Shown here: in pieces, positions 43,691 through 57,724 of the stretch
How positions within the stretch are numbered: the first letter of the stretch is position 1
Layout of the letters: every line of letters starts with the position of its first letter
Origin: Raillietiella orientalis
Taxonomy: Eukaryota
Length of the DNA: 64,000 bases
Direction of reading: 5' to 3'
Assembly (NCBI GenBank): GCA_036172245.1
Contig: JAYWIR010000028.1
Span: 2,790,001-2,854,000, forward strand
Program-made: the position numbers and the translations under genes
The notes under the pieces: generated by a model
Told to the model about the DNA's origin: nothing
The model's database searches: none
What the model saw: only the letters and a program-made list of their open reading frames with translations

Positions 43691-46600
43691 TAAGCATGTT
43701 TGCTTAATTCAAAAAAACACAGAAAATAAAATTATGAATTATTTAATCCTAATGTTTCGAAAACTAAGCACCCAGGATCCTGAAGACAACTTTTCCAACA
43801 AAAACCTTTTGCTAAAACCCGAGAATTATTTCAATTGTGCTTTCATACTAAGCTAGAAAACAAATATGGTATTATTATTTGTAGAAATAAGTAAAACTTT
43901 AGAAAATTTCTTTTTGAAAGCTACGGAAATGTCATGATTTCCTATTATTCTTAGATCACGATCAACAATTTAATATTGCATCTTTTACAGTATTTTGCAA
44001 GCTTCTTCGGATAAAATCCTTCATAAATGCTTTTAAAAACACAATACTCAATTGCATTTTTTTTAATCCCTTGATTATTGAAGATTTTAATAATTTGTTT
44101 CATTGAAACCGTTTTGGTGTGTGCGATGTTGTGATACCATGTAGTAAACTGAGTTTCTATGGAAAAAATATAGTTAAAAGACAAGAGGAATATCACGTTT
44201 CCATATCCAACTAACAGTTACGTAGTCTATTGCTTTGTAACTTCAAGTAAAATTCATAACTGCTCCCCAAATGGTAAAACTTTCTCTTCTGAAGCATCAG
44301 TGAAGAGTAAAGCAAGTATTATCTGGTGAATTCCATTTACATCAGTGAATTTCCTACACTCGAATGGCGGTGTACCTTTTCAAAGCCTCACCTTTCTCAC
44401 GGGTTGTGTTTCATTCTCTCAGATGACACTGAATGGAATCATCTCGAATGTTAGGTGTCAGCATTACACAGTGTATATCTAAGACATGCTTTTCATAGCT
44501 GGATGCTATAAAAATCACAATATACGTCTTTTTTCGAATATGTATGATTTTGTTTTGAATAAATAACTCCATTTAGAGCATGCAACAAATGAGGAATGCC
44601 ACTCTGATGCAACAAGCTGTTCCAGACCGAATGTAAACATCCACTAAGAACACGATATTGACCTGCATTTAGAGGAGAACTGAACATAGCATTTTGACAG
44701 TGAACTATGAACGAAAAACACACTTAATAAAAGCAGGATGTTGAGAACGAAATGATGTAATTCTTAATTCCTAATCAACCGTGCTGTGAATGATTCTGAT
44801 AGGAAAGGAAATATCAGAATCTATGTAATGGGCAAGTTGTTCTTAATAAGATGGATAGGCATTTCGAAACGGAAAGACTATGCTTTGATACATTTCGAAC
44901 AGCCTATAAAGTGGGTTTTCTATTCACCTTTCATTCTTGTTTTGCGGACATTTCTTCATGATCTTGACTATCCAGTGAATTGCTTCGGGTTATTAGGGAG
45001 GGGAACATCATTATCCCTCCTTCCCGTTCTGACTTCCAAGCTCGGAAATCCATTCAGGTGCTTTCAGTAGTTTCTGAAAAGCCCAAGATTATTAACTCTT
45101 CATTCCAGCTTCCCTTCATCGCGGTCTCTGGGAACAGCCGCCGTCGACCTTTTCTGCGTGCTGCCTGATTTGTTTTTCCTGCGGGAAACTTGCAAAACCA
45201 TACCGAACACTCACACTAATTACTCTTCGTCGAGATTTTCGTTCCTTTCCCCCTGAAAAGAGCCTCTGATGAAGACGAAAGGAATTTTCAAACAGGACTA
45301 AAAGCCATTCGGACGAAAATTTCGAAGCTGTCCCTTGCTGCAAGGGTGTCTCAGTCATTTCATTCGACGAAAACATTCTGTAAGAATTGGCATTACGAGA
45401 ACAATATTCAGAGCATCGTTTATGATAAAAATTGCCCATGATAACGAGAAAAAAAAGCGAAATCATCCTTCCTTTTGATAATGAATTGCCTAAACCGAAC
45501 TGCGCACTGGTAAAATGATGTCATGGAGCTTAAGAAGAACCAGGATCAGGGATGATCGAGCGAAACGGGATCACAGGATCACTTCGTGTCAAACCTCAAA
45601 CTCAAGCATTCTTATATTATGTGTCCATTTTTATGGAGCCTTACAGAGTGTTTGTTCGACGATGCCCGTTGCAGTTCCGAACGAACAGTTGCAATAGGAA
45701 AACGACTCCATAAGGACAACGAGAGACGCAAATCCTATGTCCATGAACTTTAGAGGTATGCCTTTATAGAATAACCCATGACCAAAGGCCAGAGGAGCTT
45801 GTGCTCCCACGACTCGAAACAACTCAGTCCCTCTCAAGGATTCTGAATCCTATCGAAAAAGCTCCTTGAATATGTGGCAGCTGACGGTGAGGTTTCCGTT
45901 TTCTGAGCTTTCCAAATGCCTTGTAGTGAAGTTATGTTTACCTTTCATTGCTGACACGAACTTATAGATATTCATCAACACAGCGAGATGGTGGAGGCAT
46001 TCATTTCAGAAGAGCGTGAAATTTCGTTTTTTCGTAAACAGCCAATAACCCGAATGGTACTTTTGGATTCCGTTTTTTCTAAATTTGCTGAAAAATGATC
46101 GCGACATTTGATGACTGAGTGGTGAGGAGAGCGGCAATAAGAAGACTGTCATCAGCAGGACTGTATGGAAAAGGATGATAAGTTCGAAAGTGCATTCGCA
46201 GAATACACGTGCACTAATCGAAGCAGGAAGCGAAATGAAGCGACTCTTGCAGAAGGTGGATATTGTATATAACACAAAGAAAAAAGAAAGGTGAGGAAGT
46301 TTAGCTGGCGCTTGATTTGATTTTTTTTTTTTTTCTACTAAGACTCATTCAATCGAATTTTTCGTCACGACGTGTGCTTGTGATTCAATTTAGAAATGTT
46401 TCGGTGCCACCAGTCGCCTTCTGTTTTCGTGCTTCAGAAGCGGATACTTGTAAAATAAGAAATGCTGAGAAGACCGCCGGTCATTTTCGAACGAAAATTC
46501 CCTTTGGAACGGTGGACATCTGTTTCAGGCAATACCGCGACTGCTTGCCGCCTTGGATGACCTAAGGATGTATCTTCAAGAAAAGGAAAGCTCAGGGTGA

Positions 46601-49600
46601 AGTAACAACAGTTTCAGCGTGGGCGGACCAGGAGAGTAATGTCTGGAATGGAGTTAGCATAATATGCAGAATCAAGCGGGAAATGCTGATGAGATGTCGG
46701 TATCTCTGACTATCTATATGGGGCGTTTGGTGACGGATGAGTCTAGCCGAAACCCTTGAAGTAGGCAGTTTTGGAAGTACTCATGTCTGGAAAATATCTG
46801 GATTTCTCACTAAACCTTCTGTTCTCTCCCGAGAAGTGTTTCATGACATTGCCGAACCTATAGTGCATACATCTGAACACATTCACCAATGCCACTCAGT
46901 TCATGTCTATAGCTCAGGCATAAGAAAGATCCATGTCTTGGACACTGAAAAGACATAGCGTATTGAAGAAGGAAGGCCGAGACCGGATGAAAAAACAAAG
47001 ACTTTTGTGTCTTCGGAGAGGGTGCCTACGCTACAAAAATCGCCGTGCGGATAAGGAAGTATGCAGAAACAAATTCCAATGAGCTATGCTTATCTCTGTG
47101 CTATTGCTAGCGGATGTGGAGGGACACTCGATAACAGGAAAACGTGACTTGCGACAAAGAGTTTTTGCCTTTCAATACGCAGATGCGTCCTTCTCAGGTT
47201 TTGTTTCCAATGGGGAAGCCTTCGTTCTAAAGTCCGTTAACTCTTTCGTTTAAGGATTTCTTCGCTTTCACACGGCAAGGTTTTGATAAAGAATTCATTT
47301 GAGGATTCCTTGTGTTCCTTCAAGGAGTATTCTGGCTCTACCGCAAGAGAAAGCAAGCAGCAATGAGCAGTCATGAAGTGCAGATCCATGGTGAAGAGGA
47401 TTCACACAAAGATCGATACAAAATTTTCAACGTCTTCAAACTTCTCCTTCAATAGGATCGTAGGTAACTCCTTTTTTCCCACCGCAAATCACCTATGGAG
47501 CTAAAATCGTGAAGACTAAGAAAAACACCTTAATGTTCTTTTTGATTTATTCACATTCATATTTTTCTTATTACTTTCTCTTTCGGTAGGTTTCGATTTT
47601 TTATCTTCGCAGCACCTTTTCTCCTTCCCTCCTCCGGACTTATGCTATCGCTCGTGGAAACATATAGGAATAAGCTCTTCCTCCAATGTCATACAGCTGA
47701 TGCTGCAGCTCAACTTGGGGACTCCATGACTACGGATTTTTTCTCATCAGGAATGAGTGCAAAAACATCTAGGACTACAGAGATGACTTGAAACTTTTCA
47801 GAGTTGAAGGTTGCTGAGGAAAATCAACAGTCACGCACTCTTTGAGGAACATTCATGTTGCAAACGTTTTCAGCATTCTCTCCCTAAAGAAAAAAAATGC
47901 ACAGTTCTACTAGCAACCACTTGAGACAGAACCTTCGGCTTTTGAACACTTTCCGAACGTTTTGAGAAGAGAGCACAATCCGTACAGATGAAATGTTATG
48001 CCTTAGGTGGTGGTAGAGCCAGTTCACATGCCTTTGCCACCATCCTAATGTAATCCCAATTCCCGAGTCCGATGTATGAACCGTTTGTTTTTGTCGTGCC
48101 GGCGTGTCACATTGCCGAGAACGTTCGTTGCCTTCTTGAAAGCATTCTCGATGACCGTCGCTCCTCTCTCTTTTGTCCTGATCGTGATCTTGTGATGGAG
48201 GTCTCTGAAACTCATACGTGCTTTTCTTTCAACAGATAGGATCTCATTATTTTGCAGCGTCACACTTTGTCACAAATGTGTCCCTGTAATTAGGGGTTCC
48301 GTGTTTCTTTTCCATGGCATTCGCTCGACATCTGTGTGGCTCATTCGCACCCGAGCACTGTGTCTATCATTGCTACCGTGTCTTTTAGGACGGTGAGGCA
48401 CTCTGCTTCACAGTTCTCAAAGACATCCGAAGGCTTACGGTTGGTAAACCGTCCTACTCAGCTATTGCTCATTGCGGTGACGACAAAGTCTCCTCCAGAG
48501 ATCCGGACGAAACACGAAGAAAGCAAACTGTAACTAAGAGCAAAGATTTCAAGTAAGATGGAGTTCCTGAAACTCTCACTGATCTTTTAAATTTACGGGG
48601 ACACTGCTTAAGAAGTCAGGGCAGACAGGAGAGAAGTTTCCATCTTGATAGTGTTACGTTTTTTCTGAGGAGGGAGGCAGGGCAGCACAGAAGGTCCTCA
48701 GACGAATTGAAAAGATAAGGGAAGAGACTGAAGGAGGAGAAACCTTCCTTTGTTCGCATTTTTTTTCGCATCGTTTCCAAATATTTGAATGTTTTTCAAT
48801 TGCTAAACGATTTGAAGTACTTTAACATGAGGTGGCGCGGTGCCCAATTTGGCCTCTTCCGTGAAACCAGTTTCGAAATCATTTCCCAATAAAGGACGTG
48901 GACAGGGAATGATCCTCGCTGTATTCTTGTACACATCAAACGCAAATACAGTACTGTATTCATAGAAACAACACAAAACGTAAATAGAAAGCGGTCGGTA
49001 GCTCTGCTTCCGATTTTTGTGGGCAATCGACTTGCCGTGCTAAGGTTTGAAGACACGTACGTACGTAGACCTAGTCACCTGCCCAAGGCTGACTATTTGC
49101 AGCCCCATCTATCTAATAAGAGGCAGCAACAACAAAAAAGCAGCAGTCACCTCTCGCTTCATTTACAGTAAGTAGCCGGGGAAAACAAAAACAAAAACAA
49201 TATTGCCCATCTCTTTTGCTTGCTTCCGAAGCAGCGAAATTCGGGTGCCGTTTCGAAGAGCGAATTTTCGGTGGCGTGGGTGCGAGGAGAAAGAAAAGAC
49301 AGGCTGCTACCATGGAGCGAATGGACTCAACTTGCACTCATTTCGGTCACTCGAACTTTATAAGCTCTCTCCGTTTTTTTCCTCACTCATCCCGACAACG
49401 GCAGGGAATCGTCGGGATTGCTTCTCTGACTCTTCGGAAGTCTCCCTTCGAATTCCTTGTGTTCCACCAGGCACTTACCTTTGGTTTTCCGACCCACCGC
49501 GCACCGCTGTTCGAATGCCGTTTTCCCCGAGCTATGAATGGTTCTGCACGTTCGGTGGCGATTCACCCGCGAGCCACCGCTTCCACGAATTTCAAGCGCA

Positions 49601-52600
49601 ACACATGGCGGGCTCCACGGTTCCTTGAGGGGGGAAAAGTAATTGGAAGCTGGAAAAGACTGCAGAGCTGGTGGACCATCCCACCCACTGATGGCCGTCG
49701 CGCGTGATTAGGATTCAGTCCTGAAACTTGTCTTCCACTGCGGCCGTGCGGCTTGATGTGGAGTTGCCCGACCACACTAACGAGTGAAACCTTAGGGAGA
49801 TGCATTCAGCTGAGTTGCCCGCTTTCATAACTGAAGGAGGGGGTGGCGACTTTCGTTCGACCAAAGGGAGGGTCAGCGCCACAGGAGCACTGAGGCAATC
49901 GGACTGAAAAGGAGCGGAAACTCGTTTCTGAAGAGATTGCATCTGTGCTACCGCTCAGCTATGCCATCAGCGATGGTCTCGGTCGCGTGTTCGATGCGAT
50001 CAAGTGGTTTGAATTCTTCTCTGGTACGTCTTCGTTTGTTTCCGTTTCGCTCCAGAGTTTCGCGGACATCCCACCTTCCATGTTCACTTGGGCTGTAAAT
50101 GAAGGCGTGCCTCCGGTAGCCCTTGACAACGCTGCAAACGGAGATGGAATTTTTTCGAAATCGACACGGAAAAAAAAGAAAAAAAAAAGAAAGAATGAAA
50201 GGAGCATGGTAGTTGCCGAAATCAGGTGACGTGGTCTTTGGAGGAGGTCTCTTTCAAAAACGTGCCCCGAGGGGGTGTATTAAGGAACTCAAACACTTTC
50301 CAGAGCAGCAATTGTGAGAAAATGCAAAGAGCGGAAAGAGTCAGTTCGCTCGCCGTTACTCGGAAGATCTCCTGAAAGTGCCTGAGAACGTAAGTATCAC
50401 CGAAGATGATTAGGCGGAGAACAAAGGGCATCCGCTCGAGTATTCCTCCACTTGTGTTTCTTAGTCTGCACCCGTGAGCAGTGTTTGCGAAATCGAGGTG
50501 TCGCATGAGATGCCGCACAGAATGTGTGACGACGCACTTCCCAAGTGGAGTGAAGATGCAGCTCATGGCATGCGATGGCTCAAGGTGAACTTTCCGAGTG
50601 GATTTATGCACATGGCTGAGTTTTCCGTCGGGAAACGGAAACCACTCATGTGGGAAGAACATCGGATGGCAGAGCGGCCAATCTAACAGCTAGCAGGATG
50701 GCAATTATCGAGATTCGAATCTACGATGGACTCGGGAGAACGGGATAATCCAGCTGAATTGAAGTCTAGCGCTATCATTTGCGTTGGCTTTGTCAACAAG
50801 GAGCACCGAAAAAGGAAGAACATAGAAAGAATACAAGGAAAAAAAAAAAACAAAAAAAAGGGACGGTCCATTCCAGGGACATACTCATGGAAGCCCACTA
50901 TACTTCCGGAGGACGCGAGAAACTGCAACACGATGCTGTCGCTTTCAAACAGCATGACGCTGAGATGAACGACGCGCAGTTTGGTCAGACTCGTTGCCTG
51001 AGGTCTGTGCACCTGGATGTATGCACATGACTGAGTTTTCGATCGTGGGGTGCTTGAGGAAACGCTTCGCTAGGGATAAACAAAAAACAGAAGGAACCCG
51101 AACGGAGATCTGATTGAGGCGTAACCTGGCGATTCCACCCCAGGCGGAATCATCGCCTCTTGGAAACCGTCAGCTGGAGTGAGGCCACAAGGCATGCAAG
51201 TGATACGACCGAATCGGGAATGCGATAGTAGGGCGTCCAAGTTCGTCGCTTTTTTCCGACCCTGCGAGCCTTGGATGACACCAAGGGCGCCCGACGGCTG
51301 CCCATGGTGAATGCCCGTGACTTTCCCTGATGACGCGTTTAGTGGGACACTCTGCAAGCATCACACGCATCCTTTGCAACGGATCCAGATGCGCAGCCGT
51401 GGATATTCCCTGTGATTTTTTTGCAGTTGTTCTATTAAGTTCTCTATTGTGCTTAAAGTGGTACTGCTATTTCAATCAAACTCGTTGTGATGCTGACTCG
51501 TATTTTAAAATACGAAGCGGAAAATGCAATGAGTGTGTAACAGATGAGCACCATATTCCTTATGACCGGGTTATTGATTTCAGCTTGGGGAGAAGGTCAA
51601 GTTTCAAGCAGCTCAATTTGCCTCTGACTCCGAACCATCAGATCATCAAGTGGAAGAATAAATTCTTTCTTTCCTTCTTTTTTGTTTAGTTCGCGTGAGT
51701 ACGTTCAACCTTCCCTGGATTTTTAAGACCTATCTGAAGAGAGAGAGAGCGGGAGGAGGAGGAAGGTTCTGGAATGATGGACTACAAGGTAGGCGCAGTT
51801 TGTCAGATCATTCGCCGTCCGCCCTCTTTACAGAATATAAACAAAGTGAATAACTGAGCATCACGCGGGGCACCCTTCTTTCCCACTGCACTCCACGTCT
51901 AACGGTCTCCCGGAAAGTCTACTCTCGAAAAATGAGAGTGAAGCCAGTCGGGACCAGTTTCTCCCTCGAGATTTCAGATCAGCAGATGCATGCAAATCCC
52001 TAAGGAAGCGGAGGACCCCGCGGTCGAGCGGGGGGATGCTGGCGAGGAGCGCCGCCACTCGACGGTACAAACTTCGAATTTGTCGAAATTCGGACTTTGC
52101 GTGGATACGCCCAACTATCTGCCGAAGTCTGCTTCTGCAGGCGTGCAATGGGAAGAGCAAATTTAGCGTCTCTTCTTTCTTCTCGCTGAATTTCACCATC
52201 ACCATCATTTTCAAGTGGAAATAAAAAAAAAAAGGAAAAAGAGGGAGAGAGTAATAAACAGAAAGACAAATGCGGAGAATAGGAGATCTCATAAGGAACA
52301 TCCATTCTGTCACTGCCAGCTGAGCCCAACTCTTAGCCACAATACAGAGAAACGCAAAACCTTAAAGTTCGCCTTTCGATAAATTTCCTTATTTAGTGAG
52401 ATAAGAAAAGGATCCCTCAACAAAAAGGTTGAGGAATGACACGAATGGGCGATCCTGTGCTAAGGGAGGATTGTTTTAGAAGAAACGCTGGGCGTGTCAG
52501 GAACAGGTGGACACCACCTACATTTTTCTTGGATAGAAAAGATGGAAATGATAGGCAAATGAAGAAGTCCTTCTACCTCATGATCACAATTGAACACCTC

Positions 52601-55600
52601 GAAGCCAGGTAAGTATTGTAAGCCATTGTAAGACAACTGGGCGATGCCATGCTGCATGGGAAGCTGAAAGGTCTGTGATGACGAAGGAGAGACTGTCAGG
52701 GTTCAGTTCCGTTTTGAAGACTGCTGGTGTCGGAGCTTGCTGCAGCAACTCGCCAGAACGAATTGTTCCAGAAGTCGCAGAAAGTGACTGCTTATGTGCT
52801 GGAACACCTCCCTCTGAAAGCTGAATGCATGGAGATGTGCGACTTGCAGCCTCGAGGTCCTCAGTCTGGAAAGCTCATCTCGAAGCTCTACAACTGTTCC
52901 ACAGGTCTTATTTTTTCTTAGTGACGGGCACGAAGATGACCACAGCTTGCGAATCTACTACGTACAGGAAAATCGAGGCGGAAATTTTTTTCGGAGCCTG
53001 CAGCTCCTCACGGGGAAAAAACAGAATCGAATCCACAGAGAGAAAGTAATTAAGCGCTGTGCTGAGAGAGTGGGCAGAAGGGACGTTCCTTCTTTAGAAG
53101 GAGACACCTCGATATATGCGAGAGGATCATCGAACTTTGTCTCTAAGCTTCTCATCAGGTAGTTGGAAGCAAACCAGGAGTGGAATTCTTTCTTTCAGGA
53201 CGTTACTCATTTTGAGGAAAACACGGAACGCTTGCAATTTTTTCGGATATGGGCTTTCTCATTCTGATTTGTGCTTAACGGAGAATCTTCATTTAGGAAG
53301 TCACATAAAAACTGACTTCTTAAAATGAAGATGCGCTTCTCAAATTTCATCCAGCAGCTTCAGATGTCTGATTTCCTTTTCAGATATCGAATAATGTATC
53401 TTCCATTTGGGAAACAACTGTTCCTTCACGGCAGGAAACATAGAAGAATGAATGACAGAATGATGGTATCAGGCATTCCTCTTGAGAATTTATTGTCCTT
53501 GTTCTGGATGTAATCATCTCGCTTCAGCTGCTCTGGAATTTCCAGCAACGACAAGATTTCGTCTGAAGGGCTCTAGGGAGAGGATTCGAGAATCTCATAG
53601 ATGCTGCTTATTCGGAAGACCACAAATCCTGGTGAACCCAGCATAAACGTCTACATCTAACAACACCGAACCGAAAATCATCGTTAAATTCTTCGGAAGA
53701 ATAATGTTGAAGGTTGGTATGCCGATGCGATAGAACCACCATAGAACGATTGCATATCACTGCATTTTTATGTTTGTTTTCCCTGCTGGTTTTGTTTTGG
53801 GGTTAGGCTGAGAGTCTTCAGATTTGAGGATGAGGCATTTTACCACCACGATAAGAAATTTCCACACTCTTAATGATCAGGCAGGATGGCAATTGAACGA
53901 CAATTTGAACCGATAGGCGAGTCTGGAGAAAGTTAGCGGCGAGGAGAGCATGCATCTGTCATATCTCCATAGTGCTCTAGAAATACTCTACTGAATCCCT
54001 CAACTCGCTGGAATCAAGTTGGTTTGCTTTTTCAGAGCTGAGGGATCATAGGCGATCCGAACTGGATGAATGGTCAGGTAGAGAGAGAGACCCACGGTGG
54101 TTCCGCTGTGTTTCAGTCGCTGTTCGTTCTTTGATTCTGAATGCGATCAAATTGGGCATGGTGGACCGGATGAGATTCGGCATTTCCTCTGGGCAATTTT
54201 GTTTTGTGTTGCTCTTTTTTCATCTTTCACCCATAGGTCTGGTCGTTGGTGTTGCCACGACCAGCTCGTGAAGCAGTCGCGGCCGCAGGCATGCAGGCTG
54301 GACCATTCTGTCCGGGAAAAATCATTTTTCTTAAACGTGATTGATTATTCCTCAAGCAAATGGTTCTGAAATCATCTCAGATAATGGCATCGCTAGTCGC
54401 TTTGCAAGAATTATGTACTTGAAATCTGCTGGAAGACACTGGCATGGATTTCAAGACAGATAATCGACTCAATCTCAATGACACATTTCATTTAGGAACG
54501 CAGAGCGACTGATTAAGGCTGAATGAAGGAAAAAAACACACTCCCGGCCTTCGAGCATTACAGACAATTCATGTGTAATGACAGTTTCGGTCGAAAGAAA
54601 AGGAGAGGGGGAGGGTAAGAAATGATGCACAGCTTTCGGCAAGATGGAAAACACGTGCAACGAAAGCTCATTTCAAGTTGAAGAAGGGAACCCAAACGTA
54701 GAATAAGGATTGATGCGTTCCATGCGGGAGGTGTGAAGTGTAAAGACTTCCGGTTCTTGATGGATACACCATTTCTTTATTTTTCTGATAAGTTAGAACG
54801 CCTACCTTTAACCGCAATACCTCTCCAACTGAAAGACACAAATCAGAGAGCTTCAGTAATATTTTCTTGTTCGAAAATGTGTAAAAAAAAAAAGAAAAAA
54901 AGGAAATGCACCTCAAGGTTATTGCAAGTCGCTCGCCAAATCGCGAGTCCCTCCGAATGCGTCTTCTGGAAAGAACTCTGAATGGAAGGCGAAAGAAGGG
55001 AATGGGAAAGAGAAGATCGACTCGCGCTCCTGACAAGCATCTCCGTGCTGCAGGCTGCTCGAGAGTGTTAGCTACGGTCTCCAGAGGCATTCCGAGGATT
55101 TTTACAACCGTCTTGTTCGCGTGAAAACCAACTGACTTAAGCTGCCTATCTTTTCTCAATCTACTTGCCGAAAGATTTTGGAGATAGGGCTGCTTCTTTC
55201 GAAACGGCCGTACCTTAAAATTCAACCCAGGCGATTCCGAAATGCCCTGTCCAATGCACGTGTTACGTCCTAAATATGAAAACGGTCAGCGTTCATCACC
55301 TTATCACCATCACGCTCGGGTATTCTAGCCGACGTTTTGGTCCCCGGAGATACTAAGTGCGAAGGCACACCATGTGCTTCCTTCCCATCCGATGCCCGCG
55401 TTGCTGGAAGATCGCCACCTCCTCGAAAGCATCCGGATGCTTGTCCTAGTACCCGTTTTCAGGGGGGGGGGGGAAACCCACTATTCATTTTTCCGAACGC
55501 ATGTGAAGATTTCAGGATGCTGATCATGCCTCATGTACACGCTCGACAATCCAAGGATCCATGACTCTATTACTGATGAAGCTGTATCAAAGGAGATAAT

Positions 55601-57724
55601 ACGTCTGAGATTAGAATCTTTGACATTCTACAAGGTATTTTATGGCCAAGAGAGCATCGATCGTTGGTGAGTTTGTTCCGGCGACAATCTAGTGTTTGGT
55701 CCATTCCTAGTGTTTTCCCTCACATAGTGGCAGAGACATGACCAAGTGCATCATCATCTTTGTAGCCATATTCGTGCAAGTGCTGGTTGAGCGCAGTCAA
55801 ACAGAGGTAAACCACAGGGTCTGAATGTATTCGTTCGCTGGGATTCTCAAAAACCAACAAGGGATCCCGCATGACCCTACGCTTCGCTCAAAGGGTATCT
55901 CAAGGAAGTCATCCAGGCGTGGGATTCTTTCACAAAACAGTATTTTCTGGAAAAGCTCGGTTTCGTTCGCTGCTCCTTTGGCCTGAAGCCACCGGTGGAT
56001 TTCGCTTGACTCGCTCAGGTCCCTAAGTGTTTCCGTTCACTGCCGAGGTCGACTGAAATGGGGCATGCGAACGGACGACGGATCTGTGGATGGTAGCCCT
56101 GCTCTCCCTGAACTGCTCCTTTCTCCTTTTCCCTCTTCCGCTTTCCGTAGTGTCCAGCGTGCAAGATGCCTATTGCCCGAGAATGGCTCCTCCGGTTGAA
56201 GGAGAGGCGTTCTTGAAAAAAGCACACACAGATAAGATTATTTTTTATGATCTTTCGGGATTTCCGTTGGCACCTGTCGCAATCGGTGTACGGCAATAGC
56301 GCACCACCGGGAAAAGAAAAAAGAAACACCCCGGCGCACCCGGGTGTTAAGCCGGGAAAAGACGCACCAGAATGTGTAATCTCCGGACACTCTGCTTCTC
56401 TTGCAAGTACGCTTTTCTGACTGACCCCTTGGAATCACTTCGACTCTCATCCTCGCTTGCGCGACCCGGGCGCTCGGACGGACTCGCTGCCTGTAGGCGC
56501 TCGTCGAGGGAAGGAACGGAATCGACACGTCATGCGCGGCCTCTGGCCTGCAGAAGAGACCCAGGAAGAGGGAAAACCGGGCGTGATAAGAAGCGAAAAG
56601 CGAGAGAAGCTTCTCCAAAAGGGAATCCTGAACCTCGTGGTCCTCTCGCTTGGACCGCTCTCCTCCATCCTCTCCCGACTGTGGAAGAGCACCTCCCGGG
56701 AACAGTCTGCCGCGCGCGCGCTCACTCCCTGGAAGTGAGACAGGCCCCCAAAGCCACGAGGCAAACGAAGTTTCTTCCATGTCGGGAGAGAGGGGAGAAG
56801 GAAAAGAAGAAGGCAAGGGCAGAGAAACAGACGATTTCTGGATAAATCTCCAGGAAAAGGAACAAGGAGGACGTTGAAGTTGCAGTGAAAGCCCCGTCGT
56901 CGGACGATTCTGAAGCTGCGCTCCGGGAGAAATCGCCTTGCTACGCTCCAGAATCCCCGGGTCGTGAAGGGACCTTTTTCCGCCCCAAGATGAGTTCTTC
57001 GGGCCGCCTCCCCTCTCCTAACTCATGTTGGGATTCGTAGGAGGGAGACCGGAGAAGCTTCGGCACTCTAGGGGATTCCGGTCAGGAGAATGACTGAACC
57101 TGTTGATAGACATGCGAGCGTCGTCGACCGCCTTCCAGCTGCTTGTCCTTTCTTTTGAAAGCAGTCAGAGTCTTGCCGTTCGACCCTCGAAGAGTTCTAG
57201 GAGTCTGATCTCTGCCTCTCGTTCCAGAATGCTTCCAGCGGAGAGCCGCAGGACCGTCTGAGCGTCAAGAGAGTAAGCCTGTAAGTTTTGGGGTCGTCTC
57301 TTTTTCTCTCCCTGCTCCGAAGCAAAAGTCCTTTGTTACTTCCATTCCGTATTCTCTGCTCTCTCCAAACGAATCTGTCAGGAAAACCTTCAAAAAGTAA
57401 AAGACAAAAAAAAAATCAAGAGGGGGGGAGGGGAGATGACCTCGCTTGCTTTCTGTGTTATTTCTCCTGATCTGATAGAACCCACCGGCTTCTCTGCCCA
57501 CTCTTTCCTCTCCACCAAACTGAGAAGCGATGAAAAAAAAAGAAAAAAAAAAAAAAAAAAAAAAAACAAGGAGATGACGATCCCTTGCAAAGAAGGGCTT
57601 CCTCCAGGGGAGGGGCTCCTCTTAGAGAAAGGATCCAGTCTTTCGGTTTTTGTTTAGGAAAATTACGAAGCTTGGCAAATGGTCATCTGGACAGAGATCA
57701 CCGACGCAAGAGGAGGAGGAGAAG

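Noticed and set aside
50474..54066. Isolated exon-like or protein-like pieces (50474-50686, 51775-51788, 52720-52856, 54035-54077)
   Set aside because: No phase-consistent chain or recognisable homology; cannot be supported without RNA data.
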